Shown one piece after another: positions 10,010 through 18,360 of a stretch of DNA of 27,511 nucleotides. The translations under genes were made by a program, and so were the position numbers. A model generated the notes under the pieces. The model ran no database searches. It saw only the letters and a program-made list of their open reading frames with translations, and had not been told where the DNA came from. Every line of letters starts with the position of its first letter. The stretch's first letter is position 1. The DNA lies in IMG/VR virus record IMGVR_UViG_3300020403_002006, positions 1-27,511 of that record; one strand, 5' to 3'. Origin of the DNA: a virus. Its lineage: Duplodnaviria; Caudoviricetes.

Positions 10010-12072
10010 TGGCATATCAAATTAATAAAACAGACGGAACACTATTAGTACAATTAGTTGACGGAAGTATTGATACTGCAACTACTGATATAACACTTAT
10101 TGGTAGAAACTATTCAGGCTTTGGTGAAAGTATAAATGAAAACTTTGTTAAAATGCTTGAGAACTTTGCCAACACGGCGGCACCAAGTAATCCACTTACT
10201 GGACAATTATGGTGGGATAAGTCAGAAGCAAGATTAAAAATTTGGAATGGAACACAATTTACAAGTGCAGGTGGACCTATTGTTAGTTCATCTCAACCGC
10301 AAATGGTTGCAGGTGACTTATGGATTGATAATCTAAATGATCAACTTTACTTTTTCGATGGAACAGAATTAGGATTAGCAGGACCAATATATACAAAAGA
10401 TCAAAAGAGATCAGGATTCAAAGTTGAAACTTTACAAGACTCACAAAACTTAGACAGGGTAGTAATTAAATTTTTCTTAGGCGGAACCTTAGTAGGTGTT
10501 TATACTAATGTTTCCTTTACTCCAAGAGCAGGCAGTGAAATTACAGGACTTACTGGAGTTTTACAAAAAGGTTTAACACTTATTGAAAATGATTTTAAAA
10601 TACATGGTACGGCGACAGCGGCAGATACAATTATTAATGCACAAGGTGTAAAGAAAAATGCATCTCAGTTTATGCCTACAGACGCAGATGCGGTATCAAA
10701 CGGTTCTATTACAACTATTAATAATTCAGGTATTATAGTTGGTCCAGAAAACAATATACAAGTTTTAATTGATTCACAACAATCTGTAATACAAAACAAC
10801 GTTTCTAACAGAGATATTTTTGTTAAGACAAGAAAAGCAACTGGTTTTGAAACTGCAATACATATTGATTCAAGCGAATCAAAAATAGGTATTTTTAAAA
10901 CTGGTCCAGTAGCAACTTTAGATGTAAATGGTAGTGCAAGAATTAGTGGTGATCTAACTGTACTTGGTAACACGATATCAGTTGAATCACAAACTTTAAA
11001 AATTGTAGATAAAAACATTGAACTTGCTATAGGTTCAGATAGTTCGTTACTTAACGATTCACAGGTTGATGATGGTGGTATTTTAATTAGAGCAACACCT
11101 AACGATAAAGAATTTTTATGGAAAAATGCAACAAACAGTTGGACAGCAAACGTTAATTATGATTCAACAGTAGGTTATAAATTTAACGGCAATGAAATGA
11201 TTACAATGGTTGGTCCTAAACCAACAATGAAACATATTCAAGATGCTCCAGACTTAACAGGCGTTGGCACACTTACAAGTTTAAATGTAGATAATTTAAC
11301 TATTGACGGAACAACTATTTCAACAGGTAGTGGTAATCCATTAACATTTACTAGTGATGGACCTATTACAATTAGTAATAGCACAACTATTAGAGGTTTG
11401 CCTACACCAACACAAGGAACTGATGCCGCAAGTAAGAGTTATGTTGACGATACAGTGAACGGAGAAAGAGTTGCATTTAGTTTAGATATTACAGGTTTAT
11501 CAGATGCACAAATATTATTAGTAGTTGAGGATATTGTTCCTGCAAGTACTAAAAAAGAAGGAACACAGGCTTACATTCATTGTACAAGTACAACAGGTGC
11601 AACTGCTACTTTCTCAGCATCAACACTTAATAATGCTTTAAGTAAAACTGTTACTTCAGTTGATAAAACAATTACAGCATCACCACAAACTATTGTAAGT
11701 GTTGTTAAACAAGCAAACACAAGATTAACATTAGGTGGTACACACGGCTACGAAGGTGGTCAATCAGTAACTATTAGCGGTGCTACAGGCTTAACTGCCT
11801 TAAATGGTACATTTACTATTTCTAACATAATTGACGCTCAAACAATAGAGATTAATTTAAACACTGCTAGTAACGGAAATACATATACAGGAAGTTCAGC
11901 AACTATTGAAAGAGTGCCTGTAACGGGTAATGAGAACCAATCTGTTGTATCAGACTTCACATTTAGCCAAGCAGTTGGTAGTGTTGTGCTTACTTTAGCA
12001 AGATCTGTTAAAATATGTACAGTTTCCGGCGGTGTTTGGACTGGACCCGTAAATGGTAGTTCTAGTGTTTAA
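10009..12072 (+). CDS. Tail fibre/baseplate-attached protein, paralog 2, 687 aa
   Basis: TAATG stop/start coupling. N-terminus MAYQINKTDG...ENFVKMLENFA...GQLWWD is paralogous to 7919 and 12105. G/T/S/N-rich body, with a C-terminal HGYEGGQSVTISGATGLTALNGTFTI beta module. Confidence 0.7.
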   Translation: MAYQINKTDGTLLVQLVDGSIDTATTDITLIGRNYSGFGESINENFVKMLENFANTAAPSNPLTGQLWWDKSEARLKIWNGTQFTSAGGPIVSSSQPQMVAGDLWIDNLNDQLYFFDGTELGLAGPIYTKDQKRSGFKVETLQDSQNLDRVVIKFFLGGTLVGVYTNVSFTPRAGSEITGLTGVLQKGLTLIENDFKIHGTATAADTIINAQGVKKNASQFMPTDADAVSNGSITTINNSGIIVGPENNIQVLIDSQQSVIQNNVSNRDIFVKTRKATGFETAIHIDSSESKIGIFKTGPVATLDVNGSARISGDLTVLGNTISVESQTLKIVDKNIELAIGSDSSLLNDSQVDDGGILIRATPNDKEFLWKNATNSWTANVNYDSTVGYKFNGNEMITMVGPKPTMKHIQDAPDLTGVGTLTSLNVDNLTIDGTTISTGSGNPLTFTSDGPITISNSTTIRGLPTPTQGTDAASKSYVDDTVNGERVAFSLDITGLSDAQILLVVEDIVPASTKKEGTQAYIHCTSTTGATATFSASTLNNALSKTVTSVDKTITASPQTIVSVVKQANTRLTLGGTHGYEGGQSVTISGATGLTALNGTFTISNIIDAQTIEINLNTASNGNTYTGSSATIERVPVTGNENQSVVSDFTFSQAVGSVVLTLARSVKICTVSGGVWTGPVNGSSSV

Positions 12073-12073
12073 A

Positions 12074-12081
12074 GATAAATA
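12074..12081 (+). promoter_or_regulatory. T4-type late promoter box (GATAAATA)
   Basis: 7/8 match to TATAAATA in a 32-bp intergenic gap, upstream of SD GAGGGG and ATG 12105. Confidence 0.6.
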
Positions 12082-12104
12082 CATACAATAGAGGGGTTAT
12101 AACT

Positions 12105-13589
12105 ATGGCATACATAATTAATAAAACTAACGGTACGCAGATAGCAGTAGTAGAAGACGGTACTATCGATCAAACTACTGATCTGAAACTTGTTGGTAAA
12201 AATTATGCTGGTTATGGAGAGATACAAAACGAAAATTTCGTGCATTTGCTTGAAAATTTCGCTAGTGCAAACCAGCCGGCTAAAGCGATCGCCGGTCAAA
12301 TGTGGTTTGATTCGGGATCTTCTAAATTAAAATTTTACGATGGTACAAAATTCAGAACAACAGGTGGTGCAGAAGTAAGCACTACACAACCTTCAGGATT
12401 AACAACTGGTGATTTTTGGTGGGATAGTGGCAACAGCCAACTATACGCAAACACAGGATCAGGCTTTGTTTTAATTGGTCCACAATCACAAGGTTCTTCC
12501 GTTACTCAAATGTTAACTGCTATTGTGCGTGACAATGCACAGGTTAACAGAACAGTGATGAAAGGTATCATTAATGATGAAACAGTATTCATAGTAAGTG
12601 CAGTAGAATTTACAATCGACTCAACAGACTCCAACAATGCCATAACTGGGTTCGATGTAGTACGTGCAGGTCTTACTTTAAAAAATACTACAAACGCAAC
12701 AAACGGTGTAACTTCAACAGCACATAGATACTGGGGTACAGCCTCAAACGCAGATAGACTAGGCGGAAATCCGGCAAGTGAATATGTAAGATCAGTAGCA
12801 GGACAACCTTCAGTGTTTAACGAAATCGCAAGATTCTCAGATGCAGGATTTACAGTTGGTGCGTCAAATGATTTAGTGGTTAAAATTGAAAATGATAACC
12901 AAGCAGTCATACAAAATGACGTAGGTACAATTATTAAATTTAAAGTTGATAATTCAAGTGCTCAAGTTAAAGAGCCATTAAACATTACAGCAGATGGAAT
13001 CCTTCCAAGTGCTTCAGCAACGTTCAACGTTGGTTCAGCAACATTAAAATGGAATGTGATGTATGCAAATGAATTTAATGGTAAAGCAACAGTGGCATCA
13101 TCAATGGAAGTTCCAGTAGGACAAGGTACTGCAAACAGAACAGCATCTACGGCGGCTTCAAATGATACAGTGGCAGTAAGAGATGGAAGCGGTGACTTAT
13201 TTGCAAGTAACTTCCAAGGTACTGCTCTAAAGGCAAACTATGCTGACTTGGCTGAGAAATACATAACTGATACACAGTATCCAGTAGGAACAATTATGAC
13301 AGTTGGCGGTGATAGTGAAATGACTGCGTGTGCAATGACAGAAACACCATGCGGTATTATTTCTAACAAGCCAGGTGTTGTTTTAAATTCAGACGCTGAT
13401 GGACAAGCAATAGCATTAGTAGGTAGAACACCATTAAGAGTTATAGGACCAGTTGAAAAAGGTGACAAACTTTATGTTGGTGCAAACGGAACGGCTCAAA
13501 AGGCTAACGAAGGTGACTTGGTTGGTATTGCTTTAGAATCAAATGAAAGATTCGAAGAAAAATTAGTTGAAGTTTTTATAAAAATATAA
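12105..13589 (+). CDS. Tail fibre/spike protein, paralog 3, with C-terminal peptidase-G2-like autocleaving chaperone domain, 494 aa
   Basis: Shared N-terminus (ENFVHLLENFA...GQMWFD). The C-terminal ~115 aa start NYADLAEKY and continue GIIS.KP...IALVGRTPLRVIGPVEKGD...VGIALE, resembling the intramolecular chaperone of phi29 gp12-type appendages. Confidence 0.7.
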   Translation: MAYIINKTNGTQIAVVEDGTIDQTTDLKLVGKNYAGYGEIQNENFVHLLENFASANQPAKAIAGQMWFDSGSSKLKFYDGTKFRTTGGAEVSTTQPSGLTTGDFWWDSGNSQLYANTGSGFVLIGPQSQGSSVTQMLTAIVRDNAQVNRTVMKGIINDETVFIVSAVEFTIDSTDSNNAITGFDVVRAGLTLKNTTNATNGVTSTAHRYWGTASNADRLGGNPASEYVRSVAGQPSVFNEIARFSDAGFTVGASNDLVVKIENDNQAVIQNDVGTIIKFKVDNSSAQVKEPLNITADGILPSASATFNVGSATLKWNVMYANEFNGKATVASSMEVPVGQGTANRTASTAASNDTVAVRDGSGDLFASNFQGTALKANYADLAEKYITDTQYPVGTIMTVGGDSEMTACAMTETPCGIISNKPGVVLNSDADGQAIALVGRTPLRVIGPVEKGDKLYVGANGTAQKANEGDLVGIALESNERFEEKLVEVFIKI

Positions 13590-13602
13590 GGAAGTAAAGT
13601 AA

Positions 13603-14514
13603 ATGGCATTAATTACAGCCTCAAGATATAATACACTACAAAGTTCAGTAGAAGGTATCATGGGTACAGGATCAGGCGATTCAGGTTACGGTCAAACATT
13701 AGCGAGTAGTCAAGTTTCACAAGGAACAGTGATAGAAGCATCACACATGGCTAATCTTTATACTGATATGATTAAAGCACGTAGACACCAAACAGGTGCT
13801 ACACCTAACACATTGTCTAGCATTACTGTTGGGGATTTAATTAAAGAAAATGACGTAGCGGGTGGTAAAGGTATTGTACAATACGAAGCACTTGCAGTTT
13901 CGATTAACACAGACAAGTTAAACATTTACACAGCAGATACAAGTCAATCAGATCAAGTTCCACTAGTAAGTTCTACAAGAACAAATACTTGGAACGGAAC
14001 TATTACACACGAGTTCACAGTAACATTTACGAGTGCAGATGCACGTAGGCATTTTTTTAATGCAGGTGGTAAATTGCTGTTTACAGGAGACATTACAAAC
14101 GGTAGTGGTGCAAAATACAATGATTGGAATACATTGTTAAGTGCAATGGGTACTGTAAGTTTTGCCGCTCATGCCACAAGTTCAAATGGTGGTGTTCCTG
14201 GAACAGGTTCTTCAATAGGTAACTATGAACTTACTGGTTCATACCAAAAAGTATTTCAAAAAGATGGTAGTGGTGTGTATGCAGAAAACGATTACAACAT
14301 TCATGTAAAAGAAAACAACACAGCGGCTATCCAAGTTAGAATCCAATTTAGAGATGATGACGCAGGTGATGATACAAACAATGATGGTGCTTTTGATCCA
14401 CAAGATGAAGATATCAACGGCGATGTATCAAGTTCAGTAGTATCACTTAAACCAAATGGTCCAGACGTTTCAGTAGCGGCGCCAATTGGTGCAAACGTAA
14501 CCACTCTTCAATAG
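13603..14514 (+). CDS. Probable virion structural protein, 303 aa
   Basis: SD AAGGA. G/S/T/D/N-rich like the fibre genes, with an acidic C-terminal loop. Last gene of the structural run. Confidence 0.55.
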   Translation: MALITASRYNTLQSSVEGIMGTGSGDSGYGQTLASSQVSQGTVIEASHMANLYTDMIKARRHQTGATPNTLSSITVGDLIKENDVAGGKGIVQYEALAVSINTDKLNIYTADTSQSDQVPLVSSTRTNTWNGTITHEFTVTFTSADARRHFFNAGGKLLFTGDITNGSGAKYNDWNTLLSAMGTVSFAAHATSSNGGVPGTGSSIGNYELTGSYQKVFQKDGSGVYAENDYNIHVKENNTAAIQVRIQFRDDDAGDDTNNDGAFDPQDEDINGDVSSSVVSLKPNGPDVSVAAPIGANVTTLQ

Positions 14515-14530
14515 ACCCCAAAAAAATCTA

Positions 14531-14556
14531 CTTAAATACTAGTGAGGAAATCACTA
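14531..14556 (+). promoter_or_regulatory. Late-promoter-like box (CTTAAATA) followed by an RBS-containing hairpin
   Basis: TAAATA core at 14533-14538. TAGTGA(14540-45)-GGAAA-TCACTA(14551-56) is a perfect 6-bp stem covering SD GAGGA and the A of ATG 14556. Confidence 0.45.
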
Positions 14557-14924
14557 TGGATGAAAAGTTACAAAAAGCACTAGACTTTGCCAATTTCAGT
14601 ACTACACTGAATAATCAAAAGAAAATGGCAAAGGAACGTTTCGCTGAACAAACAATTTATTTTACAAAAGGCGGACAGTTCACTATAACTAAAGAATTAA
14701 TAAACTACTGTCAAACACTTGTTGACAACGGACAAACATCTTTTATATTAATAGACGATAATGATGTTCCGATTGAAATAGAATATATAGATGATTTCAG
14801 AGAAGAAATACTCAACAAGTATTTCAATGCATTGAACGAGTATCTTGCAGAATATAAAAAAATTACAAGCCAAAGATCAATACCGGATATAGTAGATGAA
14901 AAAGAAGAAGATTCAAAAGAATAA
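14556..14924 (+). CDS. Hypothetical protein, 122 aa (acidic)
   Basis: SD GAGGA and a clean ORF. First gene of the right-hand cluster; no motif recognised. Confidence 0.7.
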   Translation: MDEKLQKALDFANFSTTLNNQKKMAKERFAEQTIYFTKGGQFTITKELINYCQTLVDNGQTSFILIDDNDVPIEIEYIDDFREEILNKYFNALNEYLAEYKKITSQRSIPDIVDEKEEDSKE

Positions 14925-15084
14925 AGATTTTCCAGGTAATTTAATTAAAGTAAATTTCCTAGAACAAGAAATAAAATATGCAAAAAGTCAGTTGCAAGAA
15001 CATGACACCGGGCATATATATACTGCAATCAGTTGGATGGAATCAAGATTAAATCAACTAAAAGGTATTGAGGAAGATGCGTAA
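14896..15084 (+). CDS. Small hypothetical protein, 62 aa
   Basis: Fills the gap between two genes and overlaps both. Two amphipathic helices flank an HDTGH turn. Confidence 0.55.
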   Translation: MKKKKIQKNKDFPGNLIKVNFLEQEIKYAKSQLQEHDTGHIYTAISWMESRLNQLKGIEEDA

Positions 15085-15901
15085 AGGTGTATTATTATTT
15101 GCAAACAATAATAGCCAAGTTGATTATATTAAACAGGCTTGTTATCTAGCAAAAAAAATTAAAAAACATTTAAAAGTTCCTGTGTCATTAGTTACAAGTG
15201 ATAGAAGTCGTGTTACGGATTTTTATCCTTATGAAGTATTCGACAAAATAATAGAAAAAAGAAGCAACAACAAATTTAGCAAACGATATAATGACGGTGC
15301 ATTGAGTCATAAAAAATTAGAATTCAATAATGACCTAAGACCTTTAGCATATGAACTTACTCCTTATGACACAACTTTAATTTTAGATACAGATTATATC
15401 ATCTGTAATGATTTATTTAAAGACGTATTTGATACTACAAAAGATATTTTACTTTACAAAGATTCAACTGATATAACTTTGCACAGAAATTTTACAGAAT
15501 TCAAAAGAATAAGTGATACAAGCATAGATTTTTATTGGGCGACGTGTGTGGTTTTTAAAAAAACTGAATTTACAAAAATGTTCTTTGAACTAATTGAACA
15601 CATTAGACAAGAATGGAATCATTATGCAAACTTATATCAACTAAACACTAGAATATATCGTAATGATTATAGTTTTAGTATAGCAGTAGATATGCTAAAG
15701 TCGGACAATATAGGATTAATGCCCGGCACAATGCTATACTCTACAGATAAAGATGTCTTGTTTAAAATAGATGACGACAAATTAAAATTTTTAGTTGAGA
15801 AAAAAGATAGGCTAGGACAATACACCGCGGTCTATACCCACAAACAAAATGTTCACGTGATGAACAAATTTAGTTTGAATAGAATGATTGGAGAAATGTA
15901 A
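15077..15901 (+). CDS. GT-A fold glycosyltransferase-like protein (DxD), 274 aa
   Basis: KGVLLFA N-terminal strand and LTPYDTTLILDTDYII DxD motif of GT8/GT71-like nucleotide-sugar transferases, plus YRNDYSFSIA. ATG 15077 preferred over TTG 15068. Confidence 0.7.
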   Translation: MRKGVLLFANNNSQVDYIKQACYLAKKIKKHLKVPVSLVTSDRSRVTDFYPYEVFDKIIEKRSNNKFSKRYNDGALSHKKLEFNNDLRPLAYELTPYDTTLILDTDYIICNDLFKDVFDTTKDILLYKDSTDITLHRNFTEFKRISDTSIDFYWATCVVFKKTEFTKMFFELIEHIRQEWNHYANLYQLNTRIYRNDYSFSIAVDMLKSDNIGLMPGTMLYSTDKDVLFKIDDDKLKFLVEKKDRLGQYTAVYTHKQNVHVMNKFSLNRMIGEM

Positions 15902-16089
15902 TGGAAGTTTTATGGGTATTGTACTTGACAGTGTGTACAAATTTAAATTGTATGACACAAGAAGTTCAACGTTTTGAGAATAGAGGAAATTGTATTGATA
16001 TGCAAATGGTCCATGAAGAATTACCTATTGATGGGAATTGGAAAACAGTAAATTATAGTTGTAGACCAAAGGATAGTTTAAATGCCTAA
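15901..16089 (+). CDS. Small 4-Cys protein with hydrophobic N-terminus, 62 aa
   Basis: SD GGAG and TAATG coupling to the upstream gene, 8-nt overlap with the downstream gene. Cys at 12, 17, 31 and 54. Confidence 0.6.
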   Translation: MEVLWVLYLTVCTNLNCMTQEVQRFENRGNCIDMQMVHEELPIDGNWKTVNYSCRPKDSLNA

Positions 16090-16921
16090 TTTTACTTTTT
16101 TAGCACAGAACAATGACAAGGATAGTTATGTTAAACAGGCTTGTTTACTTGCTATGAGTATCCGTGCAACAAATAAAGAAAGTAAAATTTGTTTAATCAC
16201 AAATGATAAAGTTCCTACAAACTTTGAACATTTGTTTGATGATATTGTGCCTATCCCATTTCAAGATACTGCCAAGCATGATAAATGGAAAGTGCAAAAT
16301 AGATGGAAGATATATCATGCAACACCATACGAAGAAACTTTTGTAATGGATACAGATATGTTAGTATTACAAGATCTAACTAACTGGTGGAACCTAATGC
16401 AAAACTATGAAGTATTTCTAACCACAAAGCCTAAAACATATAGGCAAGAGAAAATAGTAGACAAGTATTATAGACCTAGTTATGTTGCAAATGATTTGCC
16501 TAATGTATATTGTGCAATACATTATTTTAAAAAAAGTGCATTTGCAAAACAGTTTTATACTTGGTTAGAATTAGTAATGAAAAACCATGAAACATTTTAT
16601 AAATTGTATAGTCCTAAAAAACAACAAAGTTTTTTAAGTGTTGATACAAGCATGGCAATCGTAGTAAAGATGTTAGGTATAGAAGAGCAAGTAACCAATA
16701 AGAATATTGACTTTCCTAACTTTGTACACATGAAACCTTACATACAAAATTGGAAACAACCTACAGAAGATTGGATGCAACGTGTTGGTGCATACATAGA
16801 TGAAAATTTAAATTTACGTATAGGAAATACTATACAAGAAGGCGTGTTTCATTACACAAAAAATAGTTTTGCTGAATCACATATCTTTGATCAGTATAAG
16901 GAATATCATGGAATTGTTTGA
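16082..16921 (+). CDS. GT-A fold glycosyltransferase-like protein (DxD), paralog of 15077, 279 aa
   Basis: YVKQACLLA vs YIKQACYLA, ATPYEETFVMDTDMLV vs LTPYDTTLILDTDYII, and HYFKKSAFAKQFY vs VVFKKTEFTKMFF. Confidence 0.7.
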   Translation: MPNFTFLAQNNDKDSYVKQACLLAMSIRATNKESKICLITNDKVPTNFEHLFDDIVPIPFQDTAKHDKWKVQNRWKIYHATPYEETFVMDTDMLVLQDLTNWWNLMQNYEVFLTTKPKTYRQEKIVDKYYRPSYVANDLPNVYCAIHYFKKSAFAKQFYTWLELVMKNHETFYKLYSPKKQQSFLSVDTSMAIVVKMLGIEEQVTNKNIDFPNFVHMKPYIQNWKQPTEDWMQRVGAYIDENLNLRIGNTIQEGVFHYTKNSFAESHIFDQYKEYHGIV

Positions 16922-17480
16922 TTTTAAAACTGCTGACATATTACCAAGTTATTTAATTTTTGATCCTAAGACAGGAAAGATTGAAAGACTCACAGGACAG
17001 AAGCAGAACGAAAATTGTTTAGAAATTACAAATGACAAGTACAAAGAAATAAGCAATAGCAGTTTGTTTAGGTATAGAGTAGAATTCAATCCAGCAACAA
17101 CAATTTATGAAGTGGTTAGCAATAATAAAAATGATGACAGCGAATTTTTAGTTGACAACTTATTACATAAAGTAGAAGAAACTGATAGTGAAACAGATGT
17201 AATACTAGAAAAGGATTATATAAACAAAAAATGGATTTTAAAATTTGGAGAAACTTTTAGTAAACAACTTACAGAGAAAAAGGTTCAACTTAGATTTACA
17301 AAGCATTTTAGTATTACTAAAAAGAATGATCCCCACGTGTTATATAGAACTTTACATTTTAATCTTGATAATGATAGTCATGAATTAATTTTTGAAGATG
17401 TAGATAATAATTATGATAATTATTCTATATACACATACAAAAGGTTTAATAGTTATGGACATAAAGTCTTGCAAGATTAA
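16908..17480 (+). CDS. Hypothetical protein, 190 aa
   Basis: ATG 16908 with SD AAGGA, preferred over the listed TTG 16869. Overlaps both neighbours; no motif recognised. Confidence 0.65.
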   Translation: MELFDFKTADILPSYLIFDPKTGKIERLTGQKQNENCLEITNDKYKEISNSSLFRYRVEFNPATTIYEVVSNNKNDDSEFLVDNLLHKVEETDSETDVILEKDYINKKWILKFGETFSKQLTEKKVQLRFTKHFSITKKNDPHVLYRTLHFNLDNDSHELIFEDVDNNYDNYSIYTYKRFNSYGHKVLQD

Positions 17481-18360
17481 AGACGTTGATATAATATTTT
17501 TAAGTTATGACGAGCCTAATGCAGAAGAAAATTGGGCAGATCTGCAACGAAAGATTCCTTGGGCAAAACGTGTACACGGCGTAGAAGGATCAGATGCGGC
17601 ACACAAAGCCTGTGCTGATTTATCTGAAACAAAACATTTTGTTACAGTTGATGGTGATACTATTGTTGATCCTAAATTTATGCACGTTGAATTAGACTAT
17701 GAAAAATTAGGTGTTAATGATGATTATCAGTTTAGTTGGTGTGGTAAAGTAAATGCCAATGGACTAATGTATGGTAACGGTAGTCTTAAAATGTGGACAA
17801 AAGATTTTGTAAGTAACATGAAAACACATGAGAATACTGATGGAGCAGATGATACGCAAATAGAATTTTGTTATTTTGACAATTATTATCAGTTAAATGA
17901 AAATTATAGTGAAAGTATTATTACAAGCACTCCTGCACAGGCTTGGAGAGCAGGTTTTCGAGAAGGCGTGAAAATGTCATTGAACAGGGGCACTCCTGTC
18001 AAAAATTTAAAAGAAATTTGGTGGCAAAACTATCATAGACTTTTAGTATGGATGTCTGTGGGTGCAGATGTAAAAAACGGATTGTATTCTGTAATGGGTG
18101 CTAGAGAAGGTTGTTATAAAACAATGTGTACTGATTGGGATCATGTTGTAACAAGAGATTTTACTTGGTTAAACAAGTATTGGGACACAATCAAAGATGT
18201 CAATGTAAATGATAGGATAATAGAACTAGGTACAGAGTTACAAAACCAACTCAATCTACCTATAAGTAAACTAGCACTTGATGAAAAACAAAGTGAGTTT
18301 TTTAAAACAGTTTACATAAACAGTGACAGAGTAATACGCAAGAATGAGCGAACTAGATAG
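17455..18360 (+). CDS. Glycosyltransferase-like protein (GT2-like N-terminus, VDGD), 301 aa
   Basis: DIIFLSYDEPNAEENW...AKRVHGVEGSDAAHKACADLSETKHFVTVDGD fits a GT-A nucleotide-binding region with DxD. ATG 17455 has SD AAGGT. Paralog of 25175. Confidence 0.6.
   Translation: MDIKSCKIKDVDIIFLSYDEPNAEENWADLQRKIPWAKRVHGVEGSDAAHKACADLSETKHFVTVDGDTIVDPKFMHVELDYEKLGVNDDYQFSWCGKVNANGLMYGNGSLKMWTKDFVSNMKTHENTDGADDTQIEFCYFDNYYQLNENYSESIITSTPAQAWRAGFREGVKMSLNRGTPVKNLKEIWWQNYHRLLVWMSVGADVKNGLYSVMGAREGCYKTMCTDWDHVVTRDFTWLNKYWDTIKDVNVNDRIIELGTELQNQLNLPISKLALDEKQSEFFKTVYINSDRVIRKNERTR

Noticed and set aside
1195-14504. Numerous 60-134 aa minus-strand ORFs opposite the structural genes
   Set aside because: Antisense shadows of long G/T/S-rich genes, with no recognisable motifs and lying within or across stronger CDSs.
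14512-14530. TAGA...TCTA around CCCC-A7 as a terminator after the structural module
   Set aside because: Only a 4-bp stem, with no U-tract on the plus strand.
12105-17480. Drop in GC between the fibre genes and the enzyme island as evidence of horizontal acquisition
   Set aside because: Largely explained by amino-acid composition (Gly/Ala/Thr vs Lys/Ile/Phe/Tyr/Asn); cannot be separated without a GC3 calculation.
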